Shown here: in pieces, positions 18,517 through 27,394 of the stretch | How positions within the stretch are numbered: the first letter of the stretch is position 1 | How the letters are laid out: each line of letters opens with the position of its first letter | NCBI GenBank assembly: GCA_001931535.1 | Contig: CP016211.1 | Location: 4,631,573 to 4,695,572, forward strand | DNA from: Minicystis rosea | GTDB lineage: Bacteria > Myxococcota_A > Polyangia > Polyangiales > Polyangiaceae | Length of the DNA stretch: 64,000 nucleotides | Reading direction: 5' to 3' | Notes under the pieces: model-generated | What the model saw: only the letters and a program-made list of their open reading frames with translations | The model's database searches: none | What the model was told of the DNA's origin: nothing | Position numbers and translations under genes: made by a program

Positions 18517-19443
18517 TCAGGGCGGGCGGCACGTAGCCGTCGCCCCCCAGAACCAGGCGAGCCGATCGGGCAGGAGCCGCGCGTTGCGCTCGACGTGCCA
18601 CGCGAACGCCGACGGGTTCTCTCGCGCGGCCCCGCCGATCGATCGGGCGTGTGGAAAGGTCGCGGTGATGATCGGCTCGTGCGCGCTCCACGGATCGACG
18701 TCGAGCCCGTCCGCCTGGACGCGGTTCAGCGCATAGTGCTGCTCGAACGCGAAGTAGCTCCGACCACCGCCGAGGGGCGAGCCGAAGATGCGGACGAGGA
18801 CGGCGATGGTCGCCGCAACCGCGATCGCCGCCCCGAGCGCGCGTGGGCGGCGCGACCGGAGCGCGAGAGAGAGGCTCCAGACGATCACAATCGCCGCGAG
18901 CGGCATCCCCGGGACTGCGAGTTCCGGCCGCACGAACGACGCGGCCACCGTGGCGATCGCGAGCATCGTTGCCGCGATGAGCCCATCCTTTGTGAACGTC
19001 GTCGCGACGGCCGCGAGCGCGAGGATCGCCGTCGAGAAGTACACGGCGAACGGCCACACCGTCACGGCGCGCGAGAGCGACCACGCGATCGTTACGAGGC
19101 CAGCCGTGAGTCGCGGCGCGCCCGAGCGGCGCGAGAGGGCGTAGAGGAGCGCTGCCAGCCCGAGCTGGAGGACGACCCAGTTGAACGTGTAGAGGCGTGC
19201 CGGGTCCGGCTCGAGCGCGGCGAGCACCCGGTACCAGACCATGTAGAGCACGCTGTAGTCCGCCGCCGGGAGCGATCGCATCGGGAGCCCGCTCCCGATC
19301 CAGAGCATGTAGCACTCGTCGTCGAAGCCGAGGTCGAAGGTCCCGACGCGCCCGAGGATCGCCTTTGCTGCGATCGCGAGGACGACGAGCGACGCGGCGG
19401 AGCCGGCGTGCTCGCGCGTCAGAGCTTGGAGCCGTGACGTCAC
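18517..19443 (-). CDS. Polytopic membrane protein, GT-C (ArnT/PMT-like) glycosyltransferase fold candidate
   Basis: Eight to nine predicted TM helices. A first-loop FDDECYM (DE/DD motif typical of GT-C enzymes). Confidence 0.5.
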   Translation of the reverse strand: MTSRLQALTREHAGSAASLVVLAIAAKAILGRVGTFDLGFDDECYMLWIGSGLPMRSLPAADYSVLYMVWYRVLAALEPDPARLYTFNWVVLQLGLAALLYALSRRSGAPRLTAGLVTIAWSLSRAVTVWPFAVYFSTAILALAAVATTFTKDGLIAATMLAIATVAASFVRPELAVPGMPLAAIVIVWSLSLALRSRRPRALGAAIAVAATIAVLVRIFGSPLGGGRSYFAFEQHYALNRVQADGLDVDPWSAHEPIITATFPHARSIGGAARENPSAFAWHVERNARLLPDRLAWFWGATATCRPP

Positions 19444-20027
19444 GAGATGAGCCGGTAGCCGGCGGGTCGGGGTGGGTCAACCGCGGGACAAACGTCGAGG
19501 CAAGCTGGCGAAGACTGCGACGTGGGCACCACCAACATCGTGACGCGCTCGCCGCCGAGCGAGACGATCACCGGGATGTCGAGCCCGTTGACGAGGCGCA
19601 CCTTGCCCCTCCTGCTCTCGGTGTCGGTCGAGCGGCGCGGTACGTAGCCCGGAGCGGTGGCTCCGGTTCGCGGTCGGCGAGCGCTCGTCGATGTGGCAGC
19701 GGAGCTCGCGAACATGCGGCGGCCCGCTTCGCGATCTCCGTGCCCAATGCGGGTCCAACGATTTCAGGGACTTGGCCCGCTACGGGTGTGGCGGTCGCCA
19801 CCTTCCGCCATGGCGCCGCCAGCTCCCTGGCAGATGCCGCTGGATCGATCCCGCCCGAACAGTTCGTGCCTCCCCTCCGACGGGAGGTCATGAACAGTCC
19901 ACCCCAGCAGGACCTCGCCCCGAGGGGCAGGCGCGCACTCAGCCGGGCGGGCCTCACGGTTCCGCGTTGCCTCCTGGTTACCGGCGCAGACGATCTTTGA
20001 GTGCCACCAAGTGCCGTCGAGTACCCT

Positions 20028-20103
20028 GCCCGAAAACACGAACGGCGAGGAACCCAGCGAAGACGCGCGCCATGTGCGAGATTCAGGTTCCCCGCCGTTG
20101 GGA
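20028..20103. repeat. Composite interspersed element copy 2 (interrupted by the IS insertion; continues after 21677)
   Basis: See 17543..17705. The IS target ccgttggga lies inside this copy. Confidence 0.5.
20095..20103. repeat. Target-site duplication (left) CCGTTGGGA
   Basis: Identical 9-mer at 21669..21677 immediately outside the right IR. Confidence 0.8.
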
Positions 20104-21668
20104 CTGCGCATTGGTCTCATCTCCGGGCGAACAAGCGGGGCGCCGTCGACGGTGAAAATGACGGCAAGCGCAGTCCCCCTAAGAGCGGGCGCACTGGTGG
20201 CCATGTTGTCGTACTTGACAACGGTCGCGCTGATGGGCGCGCCGCGGGATGGGCGACAGCAGTGAGGTTCAGCGGTGGGCGGAGGAGCAGGTGGCGTCGG
20301 CGAAGCTCGGCGACGCGCGTCGCGTTCGGCGGGCCGCGTCGATGTTGCGACAAGCCGCCGACCAGCCGGCAGGTCGACTGACGGAGGTCTTCTGCACGCG
20401 CGCGGAGCTGCAAGCGGCGTACGACTTCCTTGAGACCGAAATGGCGCCGAGGGCGCTCACGACGGCGTTCGCAGAGGCGTCGCTCCGCGCGGTGAGCGAC
20501 GCTTCGTTCGTCTATGTGGTCGTCGATGGGACCAGCCTCTCGCTCACGGACGTCTCGAAGACGAAGGACTTCGGCTCGCTCGGCATGCGCTCGCTTCCGA
20601 CGCGAGGGTTGAAGGTCATCGACGCTCTCGCGGTGACTGCCGACGGAGCTCCCGTGGGGCTGCTCGACCTCGAGTTCTGGGCGCGCGGGCCGAAGAGCAA
20701 GAAGGGGCGGTACGCGCGTCGACGCGACCTTGAGACCGAGACGGCGCAGTGGGTCGACGTCGTGGCGCGTACGGGCAAGCTGGTGCACCAGAAGGCGCCC
20801 TCGTGCATGCCGTGGTTCCTGATCGACCGCGAGGGCGACAACGCCGAGATTCTGCGCGCCGTTGCGAAACAAGGGCGGTTCACTATCCGCGCGAACCAGG
20901 ACCGCCTCGTGGTGCTCGTGGATGGCCGACGGCGCCTGCTGCGCCGGCACATGCGCAAGCAACGCATCGTGGGCAGCTACGACGTCGACATCCCCGCCGG
21001 GCCGACACGAGCCGCCCGGCGCGCCCGGCTCGACGTACGCTACGCGGATGTCGTGCTCGATCTACCCGAGCGTGCAACGCACCACCGCACGACGATGAAC
21101 GTGCGCGTGGTCTGGGCTCACGAGCGTCGCACGCCGCGCGGCGAAGAGCGCCTCGACTGGATGCTCCTGACCAACGCCGAGGTGAACGGCTTCGAGGACG
21201 CCAAGGGCATCATCCATGGGTACTGCTTCCGGTGGCGGGGGGAAGACTTTCACCGGGCCTGGAAGCGCGGTCATTGCAATGTCGAGGACACGCAGCTGCA
21301 CACCAAAGATCGCGTCATCCGCTGGGCTACGATGCTCGCCGCGGTGGCAGCTCGCGCCGAACGCCTCAAGCACCTCGCCCGCACCCAGCCCGACGCTGCG
21401 GCGAGCGTCGCGCTGTCCCCGATGGAGATCGAGGCGCTTCGCGCCGCGAAAACCAAGTACAAGGCGCGCACGGAGACCATCCCGGAGGGCGTGCCGACCA
21501 TCGCCCAGGCCGTCCTCTGGATCGCCGAGCTCGGCGGCTACACTGGCAAGTCCTCCGGCGGGCCGCCGGGCTCCACCACGATCGGACGTGGGTTGAAGCG
21601 GCTGATGATCTGGACCGAGGCGTTCGAACACTCCGAGAAGCTGCGGCGAAAATGAGACCAATGCGCAG
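20104..21668 (+). mobile_element. Complete IS4-family (IS50/Tn5-like) insertion sequence, 1565 bp
   Basis: Perfect 17-bp terminal inverted repeats CTGCGCATTGGTCTCAT (20104..20120; reverse complement at 21652..21668). Single transposase ORF. 9-bp direct target duplication. Confidence 0.85.
20249..21655 (+). CDS. IS4-family DDE transposase (Tn5 Tnp-like)
   Basis: 468 aa. The N-terminal WAEEQVASAKLGDARRVRRAA aligns with the Tn5 Tnp N-terminal domain. Catalytic residues: VVDGTSLSL (D), LIDREGDN (D), YCFRWRGEDFHRAWKRG (E of YREK). The stop lies inside IR-R. Confidence 0.9.
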   Translation: MGDSSEVQRWAEEQVASAKLGDARRVRRAASMLRQAADQPAGRLTEVFCTRAELQAAYDFLETEMAPRALTTAFAEASLRAVSDASFVYVVVDGTSLSLTDVSKTKDFGSLGMRSLPTRGLKVIDALAVTADGAPVGLLDLEFWARGPKSKKGRYARRRDLETETAQWVDVVARTGKLVHQKAPSCMPWFLIDREGDNAEILRAVAKQGRFTIRANQDRLVVLVDGRRRLLRRHMRKQRIVGSYDVDIPAGPTRAARRARLDVRYADVVLDLPERATHHRTTMNVRVVWAHERRTPRGEERLDWMLLTNAEVNGFEDAKGIIHGYCFRWRGEDFHRAWKRGHCNVEDTQLHTKDRVIRWATMLAAVAARAERLKHLARTQPDAAASVALSPMEIEALRAAKTKYKARTETIPEGVPTIAQAVLWIAELGGYTGKSSGGPPGSTTIGRGLKRLMIWTEAFEHSEKLRRK

Positions 21669-21677
21669 CCGTTGGGA
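21669..21677. repeat. Target-site duplication (right) CCGTTGGGA
   Basis: Matches 20095..20103. Confidence 0.8.
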
Positions 21678-21735
21678 TGGGGGGCCCCGACGGCTTCGCC
21701 GGCGGGGGGAAAGGACGCGAGTCCTTTCCTGCGAC

Positions 21736-23112
21736 TCAATCGTCGTCGTGCTTGTGCTTCTTGTGATGACGCTTCTTGGATGGCGGCCCGCGCCGCACGT
21801 CGTCGTCGGCGGCGTTGCCGAGGGCGCGGCCGTCGCTCGGGCGATCGGCCGTTGCGCTCGGCGCATCCCGCGTGTCCGCGGCGGCGCGGCTCGGCCAAGC
21901 GCGCACCAACAAGATGCCGGCCCCGAGGAGAACCAGGAGGCACGCGGAAGCCACGGCGATCACCGGGAGCCACGAATGCTCGCGCGAGCGGCGCGTGCGC
22001 ACCTGCGTCGTGGAGGCGACCGGCGCGACGGGCCACGCGGTGCTCGCCGGAGGGGCGGCCTCCGCAGCGGGAGCAGGCGCGCCCGGCGGCGCTGCGCGAA
22101 CGGTCCGCGCCATGGGCATCGCCACGGGTCGCACCGGCGCGGGGAGATCGCCCTGCGCCACGCGCGCCGACGCATGGGGAGGCGCGCGCCCTTCACGCAA
22201 GGCGCGGATGTCCTCGCGCATGGTGGCCGCGTCGGGATAGCGGCGCTCGCGGTCGAAGGCGAGCGCGTAGTCGACCACCATGCAGAGCTCGAGCGAAGCG
22301 TCCGCGCTGACCGTGGCGAGGGGCGGCGCGGGCTCGGTCGCCATCTTCACCATCAACGCGACGTCGCTGTGATCTTGGTGCGGCGTGCGGCCGGCCACGA
22401 GCTCGAACAACGTGCACCCGACGGAGAACAGGTCGGCGCGCGCGTCGGTCCGCTGCCCCACGGCCTGCTCCGGAGGCATGTACGGCAGCGTCCCCATGAT
22501 GGTGCCGGTCACGGTGTGGAGCGTCTTCGGCGCGCCCTCGCGCATCCGCGCGATGCCGAAGTCGAGCACCTTGAGGCGGCCGTCACGCAGGAGGAAGAGA
22601 TTGTCCGGCTTGATGTCGCGGTGAATGATGCCGTGCGCGTGCGCCGCGCCGAGGACGTCGAGCAAGCCGTCCACGAGGCGCAGCGCATCGTCGAGGGACA
22701 TGGGGCCGCGCTCCATGCGCTGGGCCAAGGGCTCGCCGTCGAGCAGCTCCATCACCAGAAACGGCGCGCCGTCCTCGGTGACGTCGACGTCCACGACCTG
22801 CACGGCGCCGGGGTGCTTGAAGCGGTTGACGGCGTGCGCCTCCTGCTCGAAGCGCGCGGCCACCTCGCGGTTCGCGGCGACCTCGGGGTGGAGGATCTTG
22901 ATGGCGTCGCGCCGGCCGATCTTGTGCACGCCGACGTACACCGCGGCCATGCCGCCCACGCCGAGAAGGCGCTCGAGCGTCCACTTCCCCCGCAGCGTCG
23001 TCCCGATTCGCCGCTCGAAGATGGCGCGGTCGCTCTGAGGCGCGAGCCCCTGCTGCTCTGCCGACACCACCAAGAGACCTCCTCCGGATCCGCGCGCAGC
23101 TTTTGATATCAC
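21736..23112 (-). CDS. Hanks-type Ser/Thr protein kinase with a C-terminal TM segment
   Basis: LGVGGMAAVYVG...AIKIL (ATP site), HRDIKPDN, DFG, PYMPPE. Pro/Ala-rich linker, the TM WLPVIAVASACLLVLLGAGILLV, and a basic tail. Confidence 0.85.
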   Translation of the reverse strand: MISKAARGSGGGLLVVSAEQQGLAPQSDRAIFERRIGTTLRGKWTLERLLGVGGMAAVYVGVHKIGRRDAIKILHPEVAANREVAARFEQEAHAVNRFKHPGAVQVVDVDVTEDGAPFLVMELLDGEPLAQRMERGPMSLDDALRLVDGLLDVLGAAHAHGIIHRDIKPDNLFLLRDGRLKVLDFGIARMREGAPKTLHTVTGTIMGTLPYMPPEQAVGQRTDARADLFSVGCTLFELVAGRTPHQDHSDVALMVKMATEPAPPLATVSADASLELCMVVDYALAFDRERRYPDAATMREDIRALREGRAPPHASARVAQGDLPAPVRPVAMPMARTVRAAPPGAPAPAAEAAPPASTAWPVAPVASTTQVRTRRSREHSWLPVIAVASACLLVLLGAGILLVRAWPSRAAADTRDAPSATADRPSDGRALGNAADDDVRRGPPSKKRHHKKHKHDDD

Positions 23113-23228
23113 GAGAGCACGGCGCTCGGTCCGCCGCGCAGTGTTCCGTCGCGCTCAGCCTGCGGTGGTGACTCGCGTGACCGGGCGTCGCAGCGTCACA
23201 CTCGCCGAGGCCGGCACGATGAAGGCCC

Positions 23229-24065
23229 GTGCCTACCCTGCGCTCGCTCGTCGCCGCGCTCACGCTCGCCGCGATGATGGTTGCTGCTCCAACGGTTCGC
23301 GCGGCCGAAGGCGCGCCGCTCGACGCCGTCGCCGCAGACGTCCGGGCCGGGCGACCGCTCGTGGTCTACGTGGTCGTGCCGCTCTGCTCCAACGCGCAGA
23401 TCGACTGCGGCTCCGACATCGCCGGACGGCCCGCGGGGCTCGAGCACAACGTCTATTGGGGCGCGGTGTTCGGCGCGCGGCGCTTCTTCGAGCGCAAGAA
23501 CAGCGGATGGGAGCGGGTCGAGCGGCGGCGTGGTCAGGGTGTGTTCCTGGAGCGGGGCATCTACCGTCGCTTCGTCTCCGGCGCGCCGTGGGGCCGCGCG
23601 GAGGACGTCGAGGAGATCGTGGTCCTCGAGGCCGTTCACGGCGACGCCATCGATCAAGCCGTCGATCACTTGTGGAGGACGGCGACGGGCGGCGGGCGCA
23701 TCTCGTTCCAAGACGGCGAGCGGCGGCGCGACGAGCGCATCCTCGTGACCGGCTATGCGGGGCACAATCGCTTGATGGACGGCAAGACGCTGCCCGAAGC
23801 GCGCGGGGGTGCGCCGGTGCCGTCGTTCGTGCTGGCCTGCAAGTCGGAGCCTTACTTCGGGCCTTCGCTGCGCGCCGCCGGCTCTTCGCCGCTCGTCATG
23901 ACGAGCACGCTGATGGCGCCGGAGGGGTACCTCATCGACGCGATCGCCCGCGGCATCGGCGAGAGGCTCGACCCGGCCGAGCTGCGGCGGCGCGCGGTCG
24001 CGGCCTATGCGAAGTGGCAGAAGCTCACACCGAGGCAGGCGGGGAGCGTCTTCGCCAAACGGTGA
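23229..24065 (+). CDS. Secreted hypothetical protein
   Basis: GTG 23229 immediately after an in-frame stop. Signal peptide LVAALTLAAMMVAAPTVRAAEG. High GC3 throughout. Confidence 0.5.
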   Translation: MPTLRSLVAALTLAAMMVAAPTVRAAEGAPLDAVAADVRAGRPLVVYVVVPLCSNAQIDCGSDIAGRPAGLEHNVYWGAVFGARRFFERKNSGWERVERRRGQGVFLERGIYRRFVSGAPWGRAEDVEEIVVLEAVHGDAIDQAVDHLWRTATGGGRISFQDGERRRDERILVTGYAGHNRLMDGKTLPEARGGAPVPSFVLACKSEPYFGPSLRAAGSSPLVMTSTLMAPEGYLIDAIARGIGERLDPAELRRRAVAAYAKWQKLTPRQAGSVFAKR

Positions 24066-24124
24066 ACGCCTGACACGAAGCAGTCCTTGACCGGACGTCG
24101 GACCATCCGCTCTCCTGATGCGCG

Positions 24125-25192
24125 GTGCGTACATCACGTCGTGCCTCGATCGCCGTCGCGGGGATCGCCGTCGCTCTCGCGACGTCGGCGGTGGTGCTGC
24201 GTGGTCCGCGCCCGGCCGCGCGGCTCGCGGCCAATGCCCTCGTGCCGCTCGTCCCGCTGGCGCGCGCCGAAGAGCCTTTGCCCGCGCCCTCGCCGCTTCC
24301 GCCGAAGCCGGCGAGCGCCGCCTTGCCCGCGCCGCGCGAGCGCGCCGACGCGCACCTCGTGCGCTCGTGGCGCGCGCCGCTCGCGGGCGGGCTGCTCACC
24401 TTCCCGCCCTCGTTCGCGTCGGAGGATGGTCGTTACGACCTGATCATCCACCTCAACGGCAACACCGATCTCGTCGAGGAGAGCTACGGCTACGCGGGCG
24501 TGAACGCCGTGGTGATGATCCTGAACCTCGGCGTCGGGTCCGGCGTGTACGAGGATCGCTTCGCCGATCCCGCAGCGTTCTCGCTCATCCTCGATCGCGT
24601 GCAGAGCACGCTCGTGGAGCGCGGGCTCCGCACACCGAAGCTCGGTCGCGTCGCGGTCTCGGGGTGGAGCTCGGGATACGGCGGCGTCATCAAGCTCCTC
24701 CAACACGACGCGATCTTCGATCGCATCGACGCCGTGGTCCTCTTCGACTCCATCCATTGCGGCATCGAGCCCTGGAGCGGGAAGCTCAAGGCCGATCAAA
24801 TCGAGCCGATTCGGCGCTTCGCGCAGAAGGCGGTGGAAGGGCGGGCGCTGCTCTCCATCACCCACTCGGAGATCGAGACCTACGGTTACACGAACGCGCA
24901 CAAGACGACCGACGCGGTGCTCGCGACGGTCGGCATGACGCGCCGGGCGACGGCCCGCGAGCAGCCGATGCCGCTCCTGCGATCGATGGTGGGCGTGCTG
25001 CCGAAGCGGCAGATGCGACCGCTCGCGCCGCTCACCGAGGCGCATCGCGGCGGCCTGCACGTGCGCGGCTACGACGGCAACGGGCCCATCACGCACATGC
25101 TGCACCTGGTGCAGATGTCGACGACGGCGCTGCCCGATCTGGTGGCGTATTGGGGCGCGTCGCGCCCGGACGATCAGGCCACGAGCAAGTGA
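24125..25192 (+). CDS. Exported/anchored hypothetical protein
   Basis: GTG 24125. N-terminal TM/signal IAVAGIAVALATSAVVL. Possible hydrolase-like core (HLNGNTD...VSGWSSGYGG). Product uncertain. Confidence 0.45.
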   Translation: MRTSRRASIAVAGIAVALATSAVVLRGPRPAARLAANALVPLVPLARAEEPLPAPSPLPPKPASAALPAPRERADAHLVRSWRAPLAGGLLTFPPSFASEDGRYDLIIHLNGNTDLVEESYGYAGVNAVVMILNLGVGSGVYEDRFADPAAFSLILDRVQSTLVERGLRTPKLGRVAVSGWSSGYGGVIKLLQHDAIFDRIDAVVLFDSIHCGIEPWSGKLKADQIEPIRRFAQKAVEGRALLSITHSEIETYGYTNAHKTTDAVLATVGMTRRATAREQPMPLLRSMVGVLPKRQMRPLAPLTEAHRGGLHVRGYDGNGPITHMLHLVQMSTTALPDLVAYWGASRPDDQATSK

Positions 25193-25809
25193 TACGCCGC
25201 CGAGAGCTCGGCGAAGCGGAGCGCGCGCTTCTGCTGCTCGACGGGTGAAGCGTCGCTGAAGCGATCGGGGTGGAGCGTGGCGGCCAGGCGACGGAACGCG
25301 CGCCGCACGTCGTTCATGTCGGCGCCGAGGGCGATGCCGAGCGCGCGACGGGCGCGATCCTTGGCGTCCTCCTGCACGACCCGCACGCCCGAGCGCGGCG
25401 GCGGCGTCTCGTCGTGTGCTTCGCGGCGCGACGCCTGCGGTGGCTCCCGGCGCGGGGACGCGGCGGCCCGACCTCGGTCGCGCGCGCGCGGGCGGCCATG
25501 AAGGAAATCACGCGGGAGCAGCGGCGACGGGGGCGCATGCGCGATGGGGCGCGCCGTGCGGAACGTGATGGCCGCATCTTCGACGGCGAAGATCGCTTCG
25601 AGCGCCTCGCGCACCGGCACGGCCAGCGGCGTCTCGACGGCCGCGACGAGCCCCATGCGCAGGTGGATGCGATGCACGCGCCCCGGGACCGTGCACCCGC
25701 GCGGGCCGCGGATCTCGGTCAGCTCGAGGAGGCCGGTCACGCGCTCGCGGTGCAAGGCTCCGAGCAGATCTCCCAGCGTGGTGGCTGCGAGCCGTCCAGG
25801 CATTTGCAT
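25174..25809 (-). CDS. J-domain (DnaJ-like) protein
   Basis: C-terminal ALGIALGADMNDVRRAFRRLAATLHPDRF...LRFAELSAAYHLL (J domain with HPD). N-terminal region of unknown function. Confidence 0.65.
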   Translation of the reverse strand: MQMPGRLAATTLGDLLGALHRERVTGLLELTEIRGPRGCTVPGRVHRIHLRMGLVAAVETPLAVPVREALEAIFAVEDAAITFRTARPIAHAPPSPLLPRDFLHGRPRARDRGRAAASPRREPPQASRREAHDETPPPRSGVRVVQEDAKDRARRALGIALGADMNDVRRAFRRLAATLHPDRFSDASPVEQQKRALRFAELSAAYHLLVA

Positions 25810-25926
25810 GCCATGGCCGGTATCACGAGCACGGAGGAAGGGGCAAAAACCACGCAGGCGCCATCAGGCGCGCGCGGTGATCGAAGCGGGATGGAGGCGC
25901 GACCAGCAGCCGCGCCTCTCACGCGA

Positions 25927-27312
25927 TCACTGATCGAGGATCGCGAGGCCGGTCTCGGCCTCGTCGAGCAGGCTGCCGATGTTGTTCACCTCGACGTCGC
26001 GCGCGCCGAGCTGGCCGGTCTTGCCGTCGAGGTAATTGAATTCGAGGAACTTCACGATCGACGAGTGCTCCATCGTCACGTGGCTGACCGCGCCCTTCTT
26101 GGCGTAGCGGCCGATGGCGAGGAGCGGCACGCGCGTGCCGTAGGGCTGGTTGTCGACCGTGCTCGTCGGCGGAGGCGGCACGTGATCGAAGTAGCCGCCG
26201 CCCTCGTCCCACGTGACGAGGATGAGCGTCGAGTCCTTGTAACAGCTGTTGTCGACGGCCTCGACGAGGTCGGTCACGACCTTCATGCCGGCGGAGATCG
26301 TCGTGCCGTAGCCGGGGTGCTCGGTCTTGTAGCCGATGGGCTTCACGAACGAGACGTCGGGCAGCGTGCCGCCCGCGAGGTCCTCGGTGAGCTTCGCGTA
26401 GTCGCGCATGAAGCTCGAATCCTGGGCGAACTGTTCGTAATAGAGGAACGGGATGTCCGAGGGCGCGTAGACGCACGGATACGTGGGCAGGTGGAAGCCG
26501 CACTCGGGAGGTGCGTTGGGGCAACCGCCTTTGGCGTCCACCATCTTCTGATAGCCCTCGGCGTACCAATTGACGGTCTTGCCCGCGGTCTTCAAGAGAT
26601 CGGCGATGGTCGTGCCCGTGTACGAGGCGACGCTGGTCGTGACCTCGCACTCCTTGCCCACCGCGTCGGGCTTGGCGGCGTTGTCGATGAAGACCTCTTT
26701 GGCCACGGCGAAGTACATGTCGTTGGCGGACGACTGGCCGGCGATCGATTGGAAGTAGCGATCGGCGAGCGCGTACTTGGTGGCGAGGTCGTGATAGCCG
26801 GCCACGGTCGCGTCGGGCGCGACGGCGAAGTTGCGCGCGTCGACGCAGCCCTGCGGCGGGTTGGGATCGGTGCTCGTGACGAACTGATCCATCTTCCCGT
26901 CGTTGATCTCGAAGAGCTCGCAGGGCTGCGTGTGGTTCGGATCGAAGGCCGCGTTGCCCGTGTCGTCGAGCGTGGCGGGCGAGGCGCCGGTGGGCTCCGT
27001 GTCGGGCATGGCCTCGCAGCACGAAGGGCCGCTGGTGCAGGTGGGGTTCGACCCCGCAGCGGCCTTGCACCAGCGACCGAAGTACGTGTCGAAGGTGTGG
27101 TTCTCTTGGACGACGACGATGACGTGGCCCACGCCCTTCGTGGTCGTCGGCGTCGGACACATGGGCGCGGTCCCGCCCGTTCCACCCGTGCCCTGACCGC
27201 CGTTGCCACCGCCGCCGCCCGTGCCGGAGCTGCCACCGCCGCCGCACGCGGCGAGCACCGAGACCATTGCCGCCGTCACCCACCCGTCACGCAATCTTGC
27301 CATGCGTGCCAT
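25927..27312 (-). CDS. Phosphoesterase-family (PF04185; non-haemolytic phospholipase C / AcpA-like) lipoprotein
   Basis: ATG 27312. Lipobox VSVLAAC followed by a Gly-rich linker. VIVVVQENHTFDTYFG is the family signature. C-terminal TWDEGGGYFDHV. Confidence 0.8.
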   Translation of the reverse strand: MARMARLRDGWVTAAMVSVLAACGGGGSSGTGGGGGNGGQGTGGTGGTAPMCPTPTTTKGVGHVIVVVQENHTFDTYFGRWCKAAAGSNPTCTSGPSCCEAMPDTEPTGASPATLDDTGNAAFDPNHTQPCELFEINDGKMDQFVTSTDPNPPQGCVDARNFAVAPDATVAGYHDLATKYALADRYFQSIAGQSSANDMYFAVAKEVFIDNAAKPDAVGKECEVTTSVASYTGTTIADLLKTAGKTVNWYAEGYQKMVDAKGGCPNAPPECGFHLPTYPCVYAPSDIPFLYYEQFAQDSSFMRDYAKLTEDLAGGTLPDVSFVKPIGYKTEHPGYGTTISAGMKVVTDLVEAVDNSCYKDSTLILVTWDEGGGYFDHVPPPPTSTVDNQPYGTRVPLLAIGRYAKKGAVSHVTMEHSSIVKFLEFNYLDGKTGQLGARDVEVNNIGSLLDEAETGLAILDQ

Positions 27313-27394
27313 CGTATCCGAGTAGGGCACGGCCAAGGCGCCGGATTCGCTGCGATCTCCCCTCCGAGCGCGGAACGTGCGATCCTGCCCAAGC

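Noticed and set aside
20749-23106. 785-aa plus-strand ORF, and the 25270..27837 855-aa plus-strand ORF
   Set aside because: They are antisense to the Ser/Thr kinase and the phosphoesterase genes respectively. Their translations are low-complexity, and the real genes on the opposite strand carry unmistakable motifs.
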